Positions 21,330 to 30,765 of a stretch of 32,000 nucleotides of DNA are shown piece by piece. The DNA lies in contig NC_002677.1 of NCBI RefSeq assembly GCF_000195855.1, positions 3,060,001 through 3,092,000 of the forward strand, given 5' to 3'. The translations under genes were made by a program, and so were the position numbers. The DNA is from Mycobacterium leprae TN (GTDB taxonomy: Bacteria; Actinomycetota; Actinomycetes; Mycobacteriales; Mycobacteriaceae). Below the pieces are notes generated by a model. It was given only the letters and a program-made list of their open reading frames with translations, made no database searches and had not been told where the DNA came from. How positions within the stretch are numbered: position 1 is the first letter of the stretch; the number at the start of each line of letters is the position of its first letter.

Positions 21330-21537
21330 GATTTTCCAGTCTGCCTAAGGCGCGTTGCTCTACGAATCAGGTGCATCCCGATGTCCCCAAAAATTACCCG
21401 GATAACCGCCGATAGGTTCGTAAGTAAAAGCCTTACATTCTGCTGTTAAGGTCAAACGGGTTTTACCTCGCTGCTTGGCCAGGTCGGAGCGGGTCGCGAC
21501 CAACGAGTCCAGGGACCAGAAGGAGGATCACATCAAC

Positions 21538-22821
21538 GTGAACCGAGCAGTCATTTTGCGGTTCACCGCATGCGGGATCATCGGGCTCGGCGCCGCCTTT
21601 TTGATCGCCGCATTGCTGCTGGCAACATATACTAGCAGCAGAATCACCAAAATCCCGCTTGATATCGACGCAACATTGGTTAGCGAAGGAAACGGAACCG
21701 CGCTCGATTCAAGCTCTTTGTCCAGTGAGCACATCATCGTCAACCAGAATGTGCCGCTAGTGTCCCAACAGCAGATCACTGTTGAGTCGCCGGCCAACGT
21801 TGACGTGGTCACGTTTCAGGTCGGTGTCTCGATTCGGCGCACCGATAAGCAAAAGGACACCGGACTACTGCTGGCCGTCGTCGACACCGTCACACTCAAT
21901 CGTAAAACAGCGATGGCTGTTTCGGACGACACACACACCGGCGGCTCCATCCAGAAGCCGCGCGGATTCACTGACGAGAACCCGCCTACCGCCATCCCGT
22001 TGCGGCACGACGGATTGTCCTACCGGTTCCCCTTCCACACCGAGAAAAAGACGTATCCGTACTTCGACCCGGTAGCACAGAAGACGTTTGACGTTAATTA
22101 CCAAAACCAAGAAGACATCAACGGTTTAACTACTTATCGCTTCACACAGAACGTCGGCTATGATGCCGACGGCAAGCTGGTGGCCCCAATAACCTACCCG
22201 TCGCTGTACGCCAGCGATGAGGACGGCAAAATCACCACCACCGCGGCGATATGGGGTTTGTCCGGGGATCCGTCGGAGCAGATCACCATGACCCGCTACT
22301 ACGCCGCGCAGCGTACGTTCTGGGTGGATCCGGTGTCAGGCACCATCGTCAAGGAAACCGAGCACGTCAACCACTACTTTGCCCGCGATACACTAAAGCC
22401 AGAGGTGACGCTGGCCGATTACAAGGTCACTTCCACCGAAGAGACCATCGAATCTCAGGTCAACTCGGCCCGTGACGAACGGGACCGACTGGCGCTATGG
22501 TCGCGAGTGTTGCCGATCACGTTCACCGCGGTCGGCTTGATCACACTGCTAAGTGGTGGATTCCTGGCTTCGTTCAGCCTGCGGACCGAGAGCGCGCTGA
22601 CCGAATCCGGTCTGGACCGGGCAAACCGCGACGCCTTCGGCCACTGCCGCACCGAGGAACCAGTTCCTGGCGCTGAAGCCGAGACCGAGAAACTGCCCAC
22701 CCAACGCCCTGAACTGCGTGATTCTAGTATACTCAGCGTCAGTGCGCACCGACGACGTTCAAGCGAGTCGTCACCACCCAATTCGGGGCCAGCCGACCCT
22801 GGCCACCCTGAACGGGGATAA
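21538..22821 (+). CDS. Conserved membrane protein, DUF3068/PorA-family-like (Rv0227c-like)
   Basis: GTG at 21538 (VNRAVILRFTACGIIGLG) with strong upstream aaggagg; ORF-track start 21475 is probably too long. N- and C-terminal TM helices around an extracytoplasmic domain (TYRFTQNVGYDADG..., TFWVDPVSGTIVKETEH). Confidence 0.85.
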   Translation: MNRAVILRFTACGIIGLGAAFLIAALLLATYTSSRITKIPLDIDATLVSEGNGTALDSSSLSSEHIIVNQNVPLVSQQQITVESPANVDVVTFQVGVSIRRTDKQKDTGLLLAVVDTVTLNRKTAMAVSDDTHTGGSIQKPRGFTDENPPTAIPLRHDGLSYRFPFHTEKKTYPYFDPVAQKTFDVNYQNQEDINGLTTYRFTQNVGYDADGKLVAPITYPSLYASDEDGKITTTAAIWGLSGDPSEQITMTRYYAAQRTFWVDPVSGTIVKETEHVNHYFARDTLKPEVTLADYKVTSTEETIESQVNSARDERDRLALWSRVLPITFTAVGLITLLSGGFLASFSLRTESALTESGLDRANRDAFGHCRTEEPVPGAEAETEKLPTQRPELRDSSILSVSAHRRRSSESSPPNSGPADPGHPERG

Positions 22822-22949
22822 CTCGGCAACGATGCGGGACAAAATGACCGATGGTATAAAGTACCTCCCGCGTGCGGGGAAACCGGGCAATCAGCACATC
22901 GCTCGGCGGCTGGGTCGTAGGGGTGAGTAGAGAGTTATACCACCGGTCC

Positions 22950-24725
22950 ATGAGCTGGTCTCGACCCAGCTACGCGTTGGGGATGGCGCTACTAGTGGTT
23001 GGCCCGCTAATGCGGCCCGGCTACCTGCTGCTGCGCGACGCGGTGTCCACACCCCGGTCATATCTGTCCGATGCCGCCCTGGGATTGACGTCTGCACCGC
23101 GGTCGACGCCGCAAGATTTCGCGGTGGCGATGGCCTCGCATCTTGTCGACGGCGGTATCGTGGTGAAGTCAGCACTCGTCTTGGGGTTATGGCTGGCTGG
23201 ATGGGGTGCGGCTCGACTGGTAGTGACGGCGCTGCCTTCGGCGGGTGTGGCTGGCCAGTTCGTCGCTAGCACACTGGCGGTCTGGAATCCCTATGTAGCC
23301 GAACGGCTGCTACAAGGCCATTGGAGCCTGCTGGTCGGCTACGGGTGCCTGCCCTGGGTTGCTGAGGCAATGCTAATGCTGCGATCATCCGACAATGCAA
23401 GCCGGCCGGGATTACTGGGGTTTTTCGCACTGGCTTGCTGGATCGCGCTGGCCGGGCTGACTCCAACCGGATTGATGCTCGCCGCGACAGTGGCGCTGAT
23501 CTGCGTGGCTGTCCCAGTTGAGGGCCCTGGCGAGCCCAGGCCACGTTGGCTGTGCGCCGCAGCGACATTGGGCAGTGCGCTAGGAGCAGCGCTGCCCTGG
23601 CTAACAGCTTCGGCAGTGGGCACGTCATTGACCGCCCATACGGTGGCGAACACGCTCGGAGTCACGGTCTTTGCGCCTCGTGCCGAGCCTGGTCTAGGCA
23701 CACTTGCCAGCCTGGCCAGCCTCGGCGGTATCTGGAATGGCGAGGCTGTACCCACTTCGCGGACAACACTTTTCGCGGTGCTATCGGCCACGGTACTGCT
23801 TGGGGTGGTGGTTGCGGGACTACCGGTAGCGGTGCGACGTCCAGCAGTAGTTCCGCTGCTGGTGCTGGCAGCGGTGGCGGTAGCGACACCTGCCGCTTTG
23901 GCAACAGGCCCGGGAATAGACATGCTAAAAGCAGTAGTCAATGCCGTGCCCGGCCTCGGAGTACTGCGCGACGGGCAGAAGTGGGTGGCGTTAGCGGTTC
24001 CGGGATACTCACTTGCGGGGGCCGGCGCAGTGGTGACGCTGGGACGCTGGCTAAGACCTTCAAGGCCCCTAAGTCCCGTAGTAACGGCGTTGGCGTGCTG
24101 TCTCGCGCTGATTCTGGCGCTGCCAGACCTAGCCTGGGGTGTGTGGGGCAAGGTTCAGCCAGTGCATTACCCGTCCGGATGGGCGGCCGTGGCGGCGACA
24201 ATCAACGACCGAGGCGAAGGCCCAGGGTGGGTAGCGGTACTGCCCGCCGGAACCATGCGACGCTTCTCGTGGTCCGGGACCGCACCAGTGCTGGATCCGC
24301 TGCCCCGCTGGGTCCGCGACGACGTACTGACCACCGGTGATCTGATCATTTCCGGAGTGATGGTTGCTGGCGAAGGTAATCATGCCCGGGCGGCACAAGA
24401 CTTGCTTCTGTCCGGGCCGAATCCTTCCGCCTTAACTGCGGCAGGAGTGGCCTGGCTTGTGGTTGAATCGGACACCGCCGGTGACATGGGTGCGTCTGCA
24501 CGGACCCTCGCAGCGCTGCAGCCAACCTACCGTGACGATGCGATCGGACTTTATCGGATCGGCGGTAGCAACGCAAAGACAGCGCCTTCCCCCTACCGAG
24601 GGTTACTGATTGCCGCGCATCTGACTTGGCTGGTAATACTGGTCATGGCCGTGGTCGGCATGCAGATTACCCGGCACACTCACTTCCGCGACGTATCAAG
24701 TGTAGCCTTACTATCACGACGATAG
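22950..24725 (+). CDS. Multi-pass membrane protein, putative GT-C-like (Rv0226c-like)
   Basis: Open frame 22872..24725; likely start ATG 22950 (MSWSRPSYALGMALLVVGPLMRPGYLLLRDAVSTPRSYLSD). Many TM helices; LLQGHWSLLVGYGCLPWV. Confidence 0.85.
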   Translation: MSWSRPSYALGMALLVVGPLMRPGYLLLRDAVSTPRSYLSDAALGLTSAPRSTPQDFAVAMASHLVDGGIVVKSALVLGLWLAGWGAARLVVTALPSAGVAGQFVASTLAVWNPYVAERLLQGHWSLLVGYGCLPWVAEAMLMLRSSDNASRPGLLGFFALACWIALAGLTPTGLMLAATVALICVAVPVEGPGEPRPRWLCAAATLGSALGAALPWLTASAVGTSLTAHTVANTLGVTVFAPRAEPGLGTLASLASLGGIWNGEAVPTSRTTLFAVLSATVLLGVVVAGLPVAVRRPAVVPLLVLAAVAVATPAALATGPGIDMLKAVVNAVPGLGVLRDGQKWVALAVPGYSLAGAGAVVTLGRWLRPSRPLSPVVTALACCLALILALPDLAWGVWGKVQPVHYPSGWAAVAATINDRGEGPGWVAVLPAGTMRRFSWSGTAPVLDPLPRWVRDDVLTTGDLIISGVMVAGEGNHARAAQDLLLSGPNPSALTAAGVAWLVVESDTAGDMGASARTLAALQPTYRDDAIGLYRIGGSNAKTAPSPYRGLLIAAHLTWLVILVMAVVGMQITRHTHFRDVSSVALLSRR

Positions 24726-24970
24726 CAACGGTTAAACTTCAGTGCTGGTTTTTACGGCCACTCTACTGAATAAAGTGGCTAAACTCTCGTTGTAGAGCCG
24801 GGGGGTTAAATTTGTGATAGCTGCGTCAGGCTGTATATCGACGTGGGCTCGATGCCAAGCTCACCATCAAGACGCCAAAGATCCCATAAGTGGGCAACAC
24901 TAACTGACGAAGCGCCTTCGGCTCCTTGTCGCTAATCACAGCGACCACTGTCAACCTGGAAGTAGGACTT

Positions 24971-25006
24971 CGGGATTGGGAGTTCGAACGGGATTGGGAG
25001 TTCGAG
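24971..25006. repeat. Near-perfect tandem duplication, 2 x 18 bp
   Basis: cgggattgggagttcgaa / cgggattgggagttcgag (one terminal difference). Confidence 0.93.
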
Positions 25007-25087
25007 CTGCGGCACCAAAGTACCTCATGGGTACGCATAGGCTCCGGATTAAGTACAAAGCATCAGTTGGTACGGGAAAGCTTCGCC

Positions 25088-26272
25088 TCACACACCGCCT
25101 GAGACCACGCCAGTTATGTAGTCGCCGGCCTGCACCGCTTCCAACACCGTACGCATTGCGCCAGCGCTTTGCCGCCAGGAAAACTCGAGGCTGCGGGCCT
25201 GCGCCTTAGCACCAAGTTGATCACGCAACACCGGATCAGTTAATAGTTCCTCGAGCCTATCCACCAGATCAGCGCGGTTATCCACCAATATCCCAGTCAC
25301 CCCGTCGATGATCGAATCGGTTAGCCCCCCGGAGGACCGATAGCCAATAGTGGGCACGTTGTGCTGGGCCGCTTCCACCACCGCCAAACCCCATCCCTCC
25401 TTCCGCGAAGGCAAGAGATGCAGCCAAGAGCTTTGCAACACATGGTGCTTGGTCACGTCATCGACATGGCCATGGAAGGTCACCGCATCGGAAATCCCAA
25501 GTCGGTGCGCATGATCGACGAGACGTTGACGCCACCACCCACCGCCAACGATGTCAAGATGCAAACCCGGTATCCTCAAGCGTTGCCGCAGATCCGCGAC
25601 GGCCTCCAGCGCATCTTCAACCTGCTTGTGCGGCACCAGCCGCGACAACACAACCACTCGCGGCGCAGCCCCGCGTGTGCCAGACAACGATTGCGCCGGC
25701 GCCTCGTCTAGACCGTTGCGCACCACAGCGATCCGCTCGTGATCCACGCCAAGAGCAACCAGATCGCGAGCCGACGGCAACGACACCGTCAAATATTGAT
25801 TGCGGCGGTGCAACCGCGGGGACAACGTTGACTCGACATACCAGCCGAGCCGGCCGATCACCGGGCCGGCCACCGGCCACTGCTCACGATGACAATGGTG
25901 CACCAACACCACCACCCGGCTGCCATACAACAGTCGGGCCAGGAATGGCCAACCATTTTGGGTATCGACCACCACATCTGGACGCACCCGCCGCAGTGGT
26001 CCAAGCCCGAAGCGGGCCGCAGCCATCGCCAGCAATGCCCACAGGTACACCGAGTAGCGCCCGCCGGCGCGGCTAATCAGCACACCGTCAACCACTTCAC
26101 GCCGTGACGCACCTGGATAACGTGCGGTGCGTAGCGTTACGGAGATACCTGATGCGGCCAGCTGTACACCGATGCGCTGCAAATAAGTTTCGCTACCGCC
26201 CCCCTGTGGGTGACCAATGTCACGCCAGCATAGTAACAATACCGAACCCAGATCACGTCGCGCTGCAAACAT
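25088..26272 (-). CDS. Glycosyltransferase family 4/GT-B (Rv0225-like)
   Basis: 394 aa; GGSETYLQRIGVQLAASG, LVHHCHREQWPV, RNGL, VVLSRLVPHKQVEDALEAV, LHLLPSRKEGWGLAVVEAAQHNVPTIGYRSSGGLTDSI. Confidence 0.93.
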   Translation of the reverse strand: MFAARRDLGSVLLLCWRDIGHPQGGGSETYLQRIGVQLAASGISVTLRTARYPGASRREVVDGVLISRAGGRYSVYLWALLAMAAARFGLGPLRRVRPDVVVDTQNGWPFLARLLYGSRVVVLVHHCHREQWPVAGPVIGRLGWYVESTLSPRLHRRNQYLTVSLPSARDLVALGVDHERIAVVRNGLDEAPAQSLSGTRGAAPRVVVLSRLVPHKQVEDALEAVADLRQRLRIPGLHLDIVGGGWWRQRLVDHAHRLGISDAVTFHGHVDDVTKHHVLQSSWLHLLPSRKEGWGLAVVEAAQHNVPTIGYRSSGGLTDSIIDGVTGILVDNRADLVDRLEELLTDPVLRDQLGAKAQARSLEFSWRQSAGAMRTVLEAVQAGDYITGVVSGGV

Positions 26273-26324
26273 CGACCGCTAGCCTAGCGAGAAAGCGGCC
26301 TAGCGTAACGCTCACGTTGGACAG

Positions 26325-27134
26325 GTGGACACCAGACGTAGGGTGTGGCCGGTGGCCATCATCACCCCTCATGTAACTGACGTGTTCGCGCAGCGAGCGA
26401 CATTGACCCGCTCGCTGCAGCTGCTGTCAGAATTTCGCTACGAGCAGCCGTATCCAGCCCGCTTCTACCGAGCATTGGCAGCCGATACCGTGGCTATGGT
26501 CGGTGATCTTTGGCTGTCGACACACGGTGCACCCCCGGTTGGCCGCATACTGCTCGACGTCGGTAGTGGGTCCGGATATTTCGCAGCAGCGTTTGCCGAC
26601 GCCGGCGTCCGATACATCGGTGTCGAACCGGACCCAAGGGAGATGCACGCGGCGGGACCGGCTTTGGTACCGAAAGCAGGCGCGTTTGTCCGAGCTTCGG
26701 GCATGGCGTTACCCTTCGCCGATGACGCTGTAGACATCTGCTTGTCGTCTAATGTCGCCGAACACGTACCGCAGCCCTGGCAATTGGGCAACGAAATGCT
26801 GCGGGTGACCAAACCTGGCGGCCTAGTCGTGTTATCCTACACTATTTGGCTGGGCCCGTTCGGCGGGCACGAGATGGGCCTGACGCATTACCTAGGCGGT
26901 GCCCGTGCCGCCACCCGGTATGTTCGCAAACACGGTCATCGGGCAAAGAACGACTACGGGTCTTCGTTGTTTCCTGTGTCGGCGGCCGATGGCCTGAATT
27001 GGGCGGCCAGTACCGGGGTCGCGGTTGCCGCATTTCCTCGCTACCACCCGCGATGGGCCTGGTGGCTGACATCGGTGCCGGTACTACGGGAGTTCGTGGT
27101 GAGCAATCTGGTGCTAGTTCTGCGGCCACGATAG
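26325..27134 (+). CDS. SAM-dependent methyltransferase (Rv0224c-like); start may be the downstream GTG at 26343
   Basis: 269 aa; motif I ILLDVGSGSGYFAAAFADAGVRYIGVEPD, ASGMALPFADDAVDICLSSNVAEHV, RVTKPGGLVVLSY. Confidence 0.9.
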   Translation: MDTRRRVWPVAIITPHVTDVFAQRATLTRSLQLLSEFRYEQPYPARFYRALAADTVAMVGDLWLSTHGAPPVGRILLDVGSGSGYFAAAFADAGVRYIGVEPDPREMHAAGPALVPKAGAFVRASGMALPFADDAVDICLSSNVAEHVPQPWQLGNEMLRVTKPGGLVVLSYTIWLGPFGGHEMGLTHYLGGARAATRYVRKHGHRAKNDYGSSLFPVSAADGLNWAASTGVAVAAFPRYHPRWAWWLTSVPVLREFVVSNLVLVLRPR

Positions 27135-28302
27135 GCCAATGACAGTAGTTTACTGAACTATATTCTCGAGGCACTGCGGTTTGGGTAGGGGTGGCGCCAT
27201 GGTCGCCATACGCAAAACAGAGTACGACAAACTCTTCACCGACTGAATCTGGACGCAACCATCGACCTCCAGCATCATCCAGGTGTACTGCCCGGACACC
27301 GGTGAGTATGTGTGCGAAGTACCGATGGCAGCGCCCGGCCGACATTGACGACGCAGTCGCCGCGGCGACTTCGGGATTCCACCGCAGTCCCTGGCCCTCG
27401 ACGCCACCGACACTGGACACAGCCGTTAATCACTGCAGCGGTCTTAGGCAATGAAGGCCTGGTCAACACGCTGCTGACAGCTGAAACCAGTCAGACGCAC
27501 ACCATCACCGAGACGATGCATTGGATGAGTTCGAATGAAGCGAGGAACTTCTTTGCCGGCGCTGCGGACAAGAATCAAGTGTACCGAGATCCACAACGGC
27601 TCGTACGAGCAAACCATCGTCAGCCGGCGAACCGATTGTGCTGGTAAGCGCGATCGTCGCATGGAACGCGCCGCTGTTCCTGACGGTCAACAACCTGGGT
27701 CCGACGCTGCTAACCGGCTGCACAAGGGTACTAAAGCCGGCCACCGAAACCCCGTTGACCGCAAACGCTCTAGCCGAAGTTCTCGCTCCGGCGGACCTAT
27801 CTGAGGGTATGCTCTCAGTAGTGTCGGGCGGCGTCCCAACCGGATAGGCCCTGACGTCGAACCCGGAAATCGACATAATTTACCTTCACCAACCGATTCG
27901 GCCGGCGGTAAGGAGGTCGGGCTGACCTGCTCAAGCCGTGCACCGTGGAGCTCGGCGGAAAGTCGTTGGCCATCCTCCTCGAGGAAGTTTACCTGTCCAC
28001 CGCTATTCCGATGTTGGTGTTCTCTGGGGTGATGAACGCCGGGCAAGGCTTTGTGAATCAGGCCCGCATCCTGGCCCCACGTTCCGGGTACGACGAAATC
28101 GTGTCCGCGATCGAGGAGCACAGCACAAACATCGACAGACAAAAGCATCGGGAAGGTGAGTTCGGCTGGTGTGCAGCAATGGAAGCTGCGGTGCCGGCAA
28201 CGGGTTTTTCGTGTAGCCCAAGGCATTCAAAGATATCGACAACAAGATAACGATCGACCAGGAGGAAATCTTTGGGTAGGTGCTAAGCATCATTGGTTAT
28301 GC

Positions 28303-28342
28303 CACCGAGTCGTTGGCGATCACGATCGCCAACGACTCGGTG
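28303..28342. repeat. Perfect inverted repeat, 19-bp arms, 2-nt centre, inside the aldehyde dehydrogenase pseudogene
   Basis: caccgagtcgttggcgatc - ac - gatcgccaacgactcggtg. Confidence 0.97.
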
Positions 28343-28368
28343 TATGAGCTAATCCGCAATATATAGAC

Positions 28369-28429
28369 TATCCCCCTCGAAGGGCATTAAGATCTGTTTC
28401 GCAGATCTTAATGCCCTTCGAGGGGGATA
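28369..28429. repeat. Perfect inverted repeat, 28-bp arms, 5-nt loop, inside the aldehyde dehydrogenase pseudogene
   Basis: tatccccctcgaagggcattaagatctg - tttcg - cagatcttaatgcccttcgagggggata. Confidence 0.98.
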
Positions 28430-28689
28430 CGAAATCAATTGGTACACTTTCAATCCCAGCTTCCCCTTATATCCACTACAAAAACTCCGGAATCGGACGT
28501 GAAAACGAGCCCGAATAAGTCAAGCACATCACTCAACAAAAGAACGTGCTAACGACGATAGGCTACACAACCAGCTATAGAGCCGTGGCAGACCATAAGA
28601 GAAGAGCCAAGGTGCTTTGTGAGGCACACTGGCTTTTAGTTGAAGTCCAAGGCATAGATGTTAGCATCGGCCCTTCATGCGTCGGGCGG

Positions 28690-29350
28690 TGGGAGCTACC
28701 GAATGTAATACACGGTGTTGCCGGCCATTATAACCACCCCTATCCGTGGCACCGCAGCTACCGATCGGTGTGTCGGCATGCTTACACCAACTTGGTCCAT
28801 GCCCCGGATTGTGGAGTCGAACCGTTCAAACACGGTAAAGGCCGTGTCAGTGGAGAGGCACCTCCCGCCGATCGTGTACCCGTAGATGACATCCGACACC
28901 ACAGCAAGGTGGTTACGTGGGGGGAGGCATGTGCTACATCCTTCCACGAGCTGCCGTCGAACCTCGGTCTGCGGGGCGCAGCTTTTTGGCGTTCTGCCCC
29001 CGACCATTACGAGTTTGCCACCAATGCACCAGCCGTGCACCGACGCGATCGGTGGCGTGCAGCAATCAACGGCGGCGTTAAGCACGACACACGCCATGGC
29101 CAACCTGGTACGTGATGCGGGTCTCGGGTAAGAAACGCCATTTCGCCGCGGGCCAGACTCTGCACACAAGAGCAGCTGCAGCGCTTAGGACACCGAGGTC
29201 ACCCACAACTTGGCCATCACCACCAGGATAATCAGCAGACCCAGCACCACATGCAGGCCTTGAGTCAGCCGGGTACAACCAGGGCGGCCACTGCCTCAGT
29301 GGTGCCCCCCGAAACCCGATGCTGGCTATCAGTACAGAAAACGCCACAGC
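28690..29350 (-). pseudogene. Possible decayed enoyl-CoA hydratase/isomerase-like remnant
   Basis: Minus-strand fragment VDCCTPPIASVHGWCIGG resembles the crotonase motif (CRKPVIAAVxGxCIGGG); the flanking sequence aligns poorly. Weak support. Confidence 0.3.
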
Positions 29351-29679
29351 CTAGTCGGAAAGCCATAGTGGTTGCCATGTTCTAGCCTGGACCCTGAGGT
29401 GCGTTCTGAATCGAATCACATCATCGCCCATCAAGCCACAAAACTCGCGATTCCCTCAGCCGCCGAACGGATCGCGGCTGCAGGGAGACCGATTCCAAAC
29501 CACCCGATTGTAACGATACCCCAGTATTGACATCCTCTCCGGCATGGCCGACCCAGCTGACCCAGAACCATCCCTACGACCAATCCATAGCATGCTACAC
29601 ACAGACCACGGTTATCGCGCATAACATCCTCTAAAGATAACGTGCACTTAATAGGATATCATCAGATAATTTCATTTAG

Positions 29680-30510
29680 GATGCCGTGCTGACGCACATC
29701 AACTTGGCTGGCCACGCAATTACATCGTTTTATATCCAGCGTCGCCAATATCAACAGCGATATCGGTTTCAGTGGTGGGTCGTTGTTCCACATTGCTGTC
29801 ACCGGCAAACATGCTGGGCGTCCCTGTGGTCAACGTCGACAGCTTTCCCCGAAGCCCTGGTGAAGGGCGGCATTCTGTCCGGCCGAGATGTCTCTGGTCA
29901 CTTGCCTGCGGCTGGGCGACGACGTGGAGCCGTAAGCGCGGATCGGTCAGGACGGTAATCTAGTATGGCCGTCGCCCGGGCGGTGGTCGACGAGAACATG
30001 AACGACGTGGCTGTTGGCTGAGGTGGTGGAAATAATTTACCGGCCGCCGACATGGATAAGCGGTTACTTGGAACAACTCGACGGCTACCTCGGAGGTGTT
30101 TGCTAGCCCCTGGTTCCATACCGAGGACCTCGTTTGAATGGACGAAAATGGCTACGTCTGGTAGGTGGATAGCAAGCAAGAAGGACACGAGCATCACCGG
30201 TGGTGATAACATCTACTGCTTTGAGGCAGAGAACATCCTCGCCGGCCATCCCGACATCGTCGAGGTCTCCACCAGCGGGTGAGCTCACGAAAAGTGGAGC
30301 GAGGTGCCGACCGCGGCTGTAAAGAATGAGCATTTGCGGCTAGCAAGGACTAACTTAACTTGAGTTCCTGCCTGATCGGCTCGCGCGCTACAAACACCCC
30401 GCAGCGCTTGAGATCGTTACCAATCCGCTTCGCAACCCAGCCGGGAAGGTGCCCAAAAAATTAAACCGCCATTGCATTTTGACGTTTAGTGAGGGTTACG
30501 AAAGAAATTC
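29680..30510 (+). pseudogene. fadD5: Decayed fatty-acid-CoA ligase (fadD5-like) upstream of yrbE1A, with a large internal deletion
   Basis: Pieces TGxSLFHIA; AEMSLVTCLRLGDD; VVDENMNDVAVG; FHTEDL; KKDTSITGGDNIYCFEAENILAGHPDIVEVS; LARYKHPAALEIVTNPLRNPAGKVPKKL; typical ANL ligase C-terminal order; directly 5' of yrbE1A as in mce1 loci. Confidence 0.85.
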
Positions 30511-30765
30511 GGTGCCAAGATCAAGATATTTAGATAACCAAAGAAGATTGTTGACAGAGTCGAAAAGTTGTCCTCTGAGCGTTGACAAAAGATCAATTCG
30601 GCAGATGCGATGCACATGCGGTAGACCATCGGGTACATTCCTCTGGTCTCCGTTACCACTTGTTGGGTAGGGAGCCGATGGTTACTTCAGTACGGCCGAA
30701 ACAAGGAGGTGGCGTTGTGACACGATCTGCCGAGGCATATATGGTTCCGGCGTGAGGGGTCAGCG

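Larger units (their letters stand above)
27199..28570 (+). pseudogene. Decayed aldehyde dehydrogenase (Rv0223c-like)
   Basis: Frameshifted but colinear: MVAIRKTEYDKLFTD*IWTQPSTS; CPDTGEYVCEVPMAA; HTITETMHWMSSNEARNFFAGAADK; IVAWNAPLFLTVNNLGPTLLTGCTRVLKPATETPLTANALAEVL; VELGGKSLAILLEEVYLSTAIPMLVFSGVMNAGQGFVNQARILAPRSGYDEIV; DNKITIDQEEIFG; IANDSVYEL; KGIKI; YEINWYTFNP; YKNSGIGREN. Confidence 0.9.

Noticed and set aside
23339-24340. Long antisense/alternate-frame ORFs (23339..24151 - and 23546..24340 +) overlapping the Rv0226c-like gene
   Set aside because: They lie inside a coherent multi-pass membrane protein frame; Ala/Arg/Ser-rich low-complexity translations are typical shadow frames of GC-rich coding DNA.
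26842-27420. 192-aa minus-strand ORF overlapping the methyltransferase and aldehyde dehydrogenase pseudogene
   Set aside because: Antisense to a well-supported methyltransferase; no recognisable domain.
28546-29115. 189-aa plus-strand ORF after the aldehyde dehydrogenase pseudogene
   Set aside because: Its first residues (VLTTIGYT) are just the tail of the decayed aldehyde dehydrogenase; the rest has no domain, lies in breakpoint DNA, and is antisense to a crotonase-like fragment.
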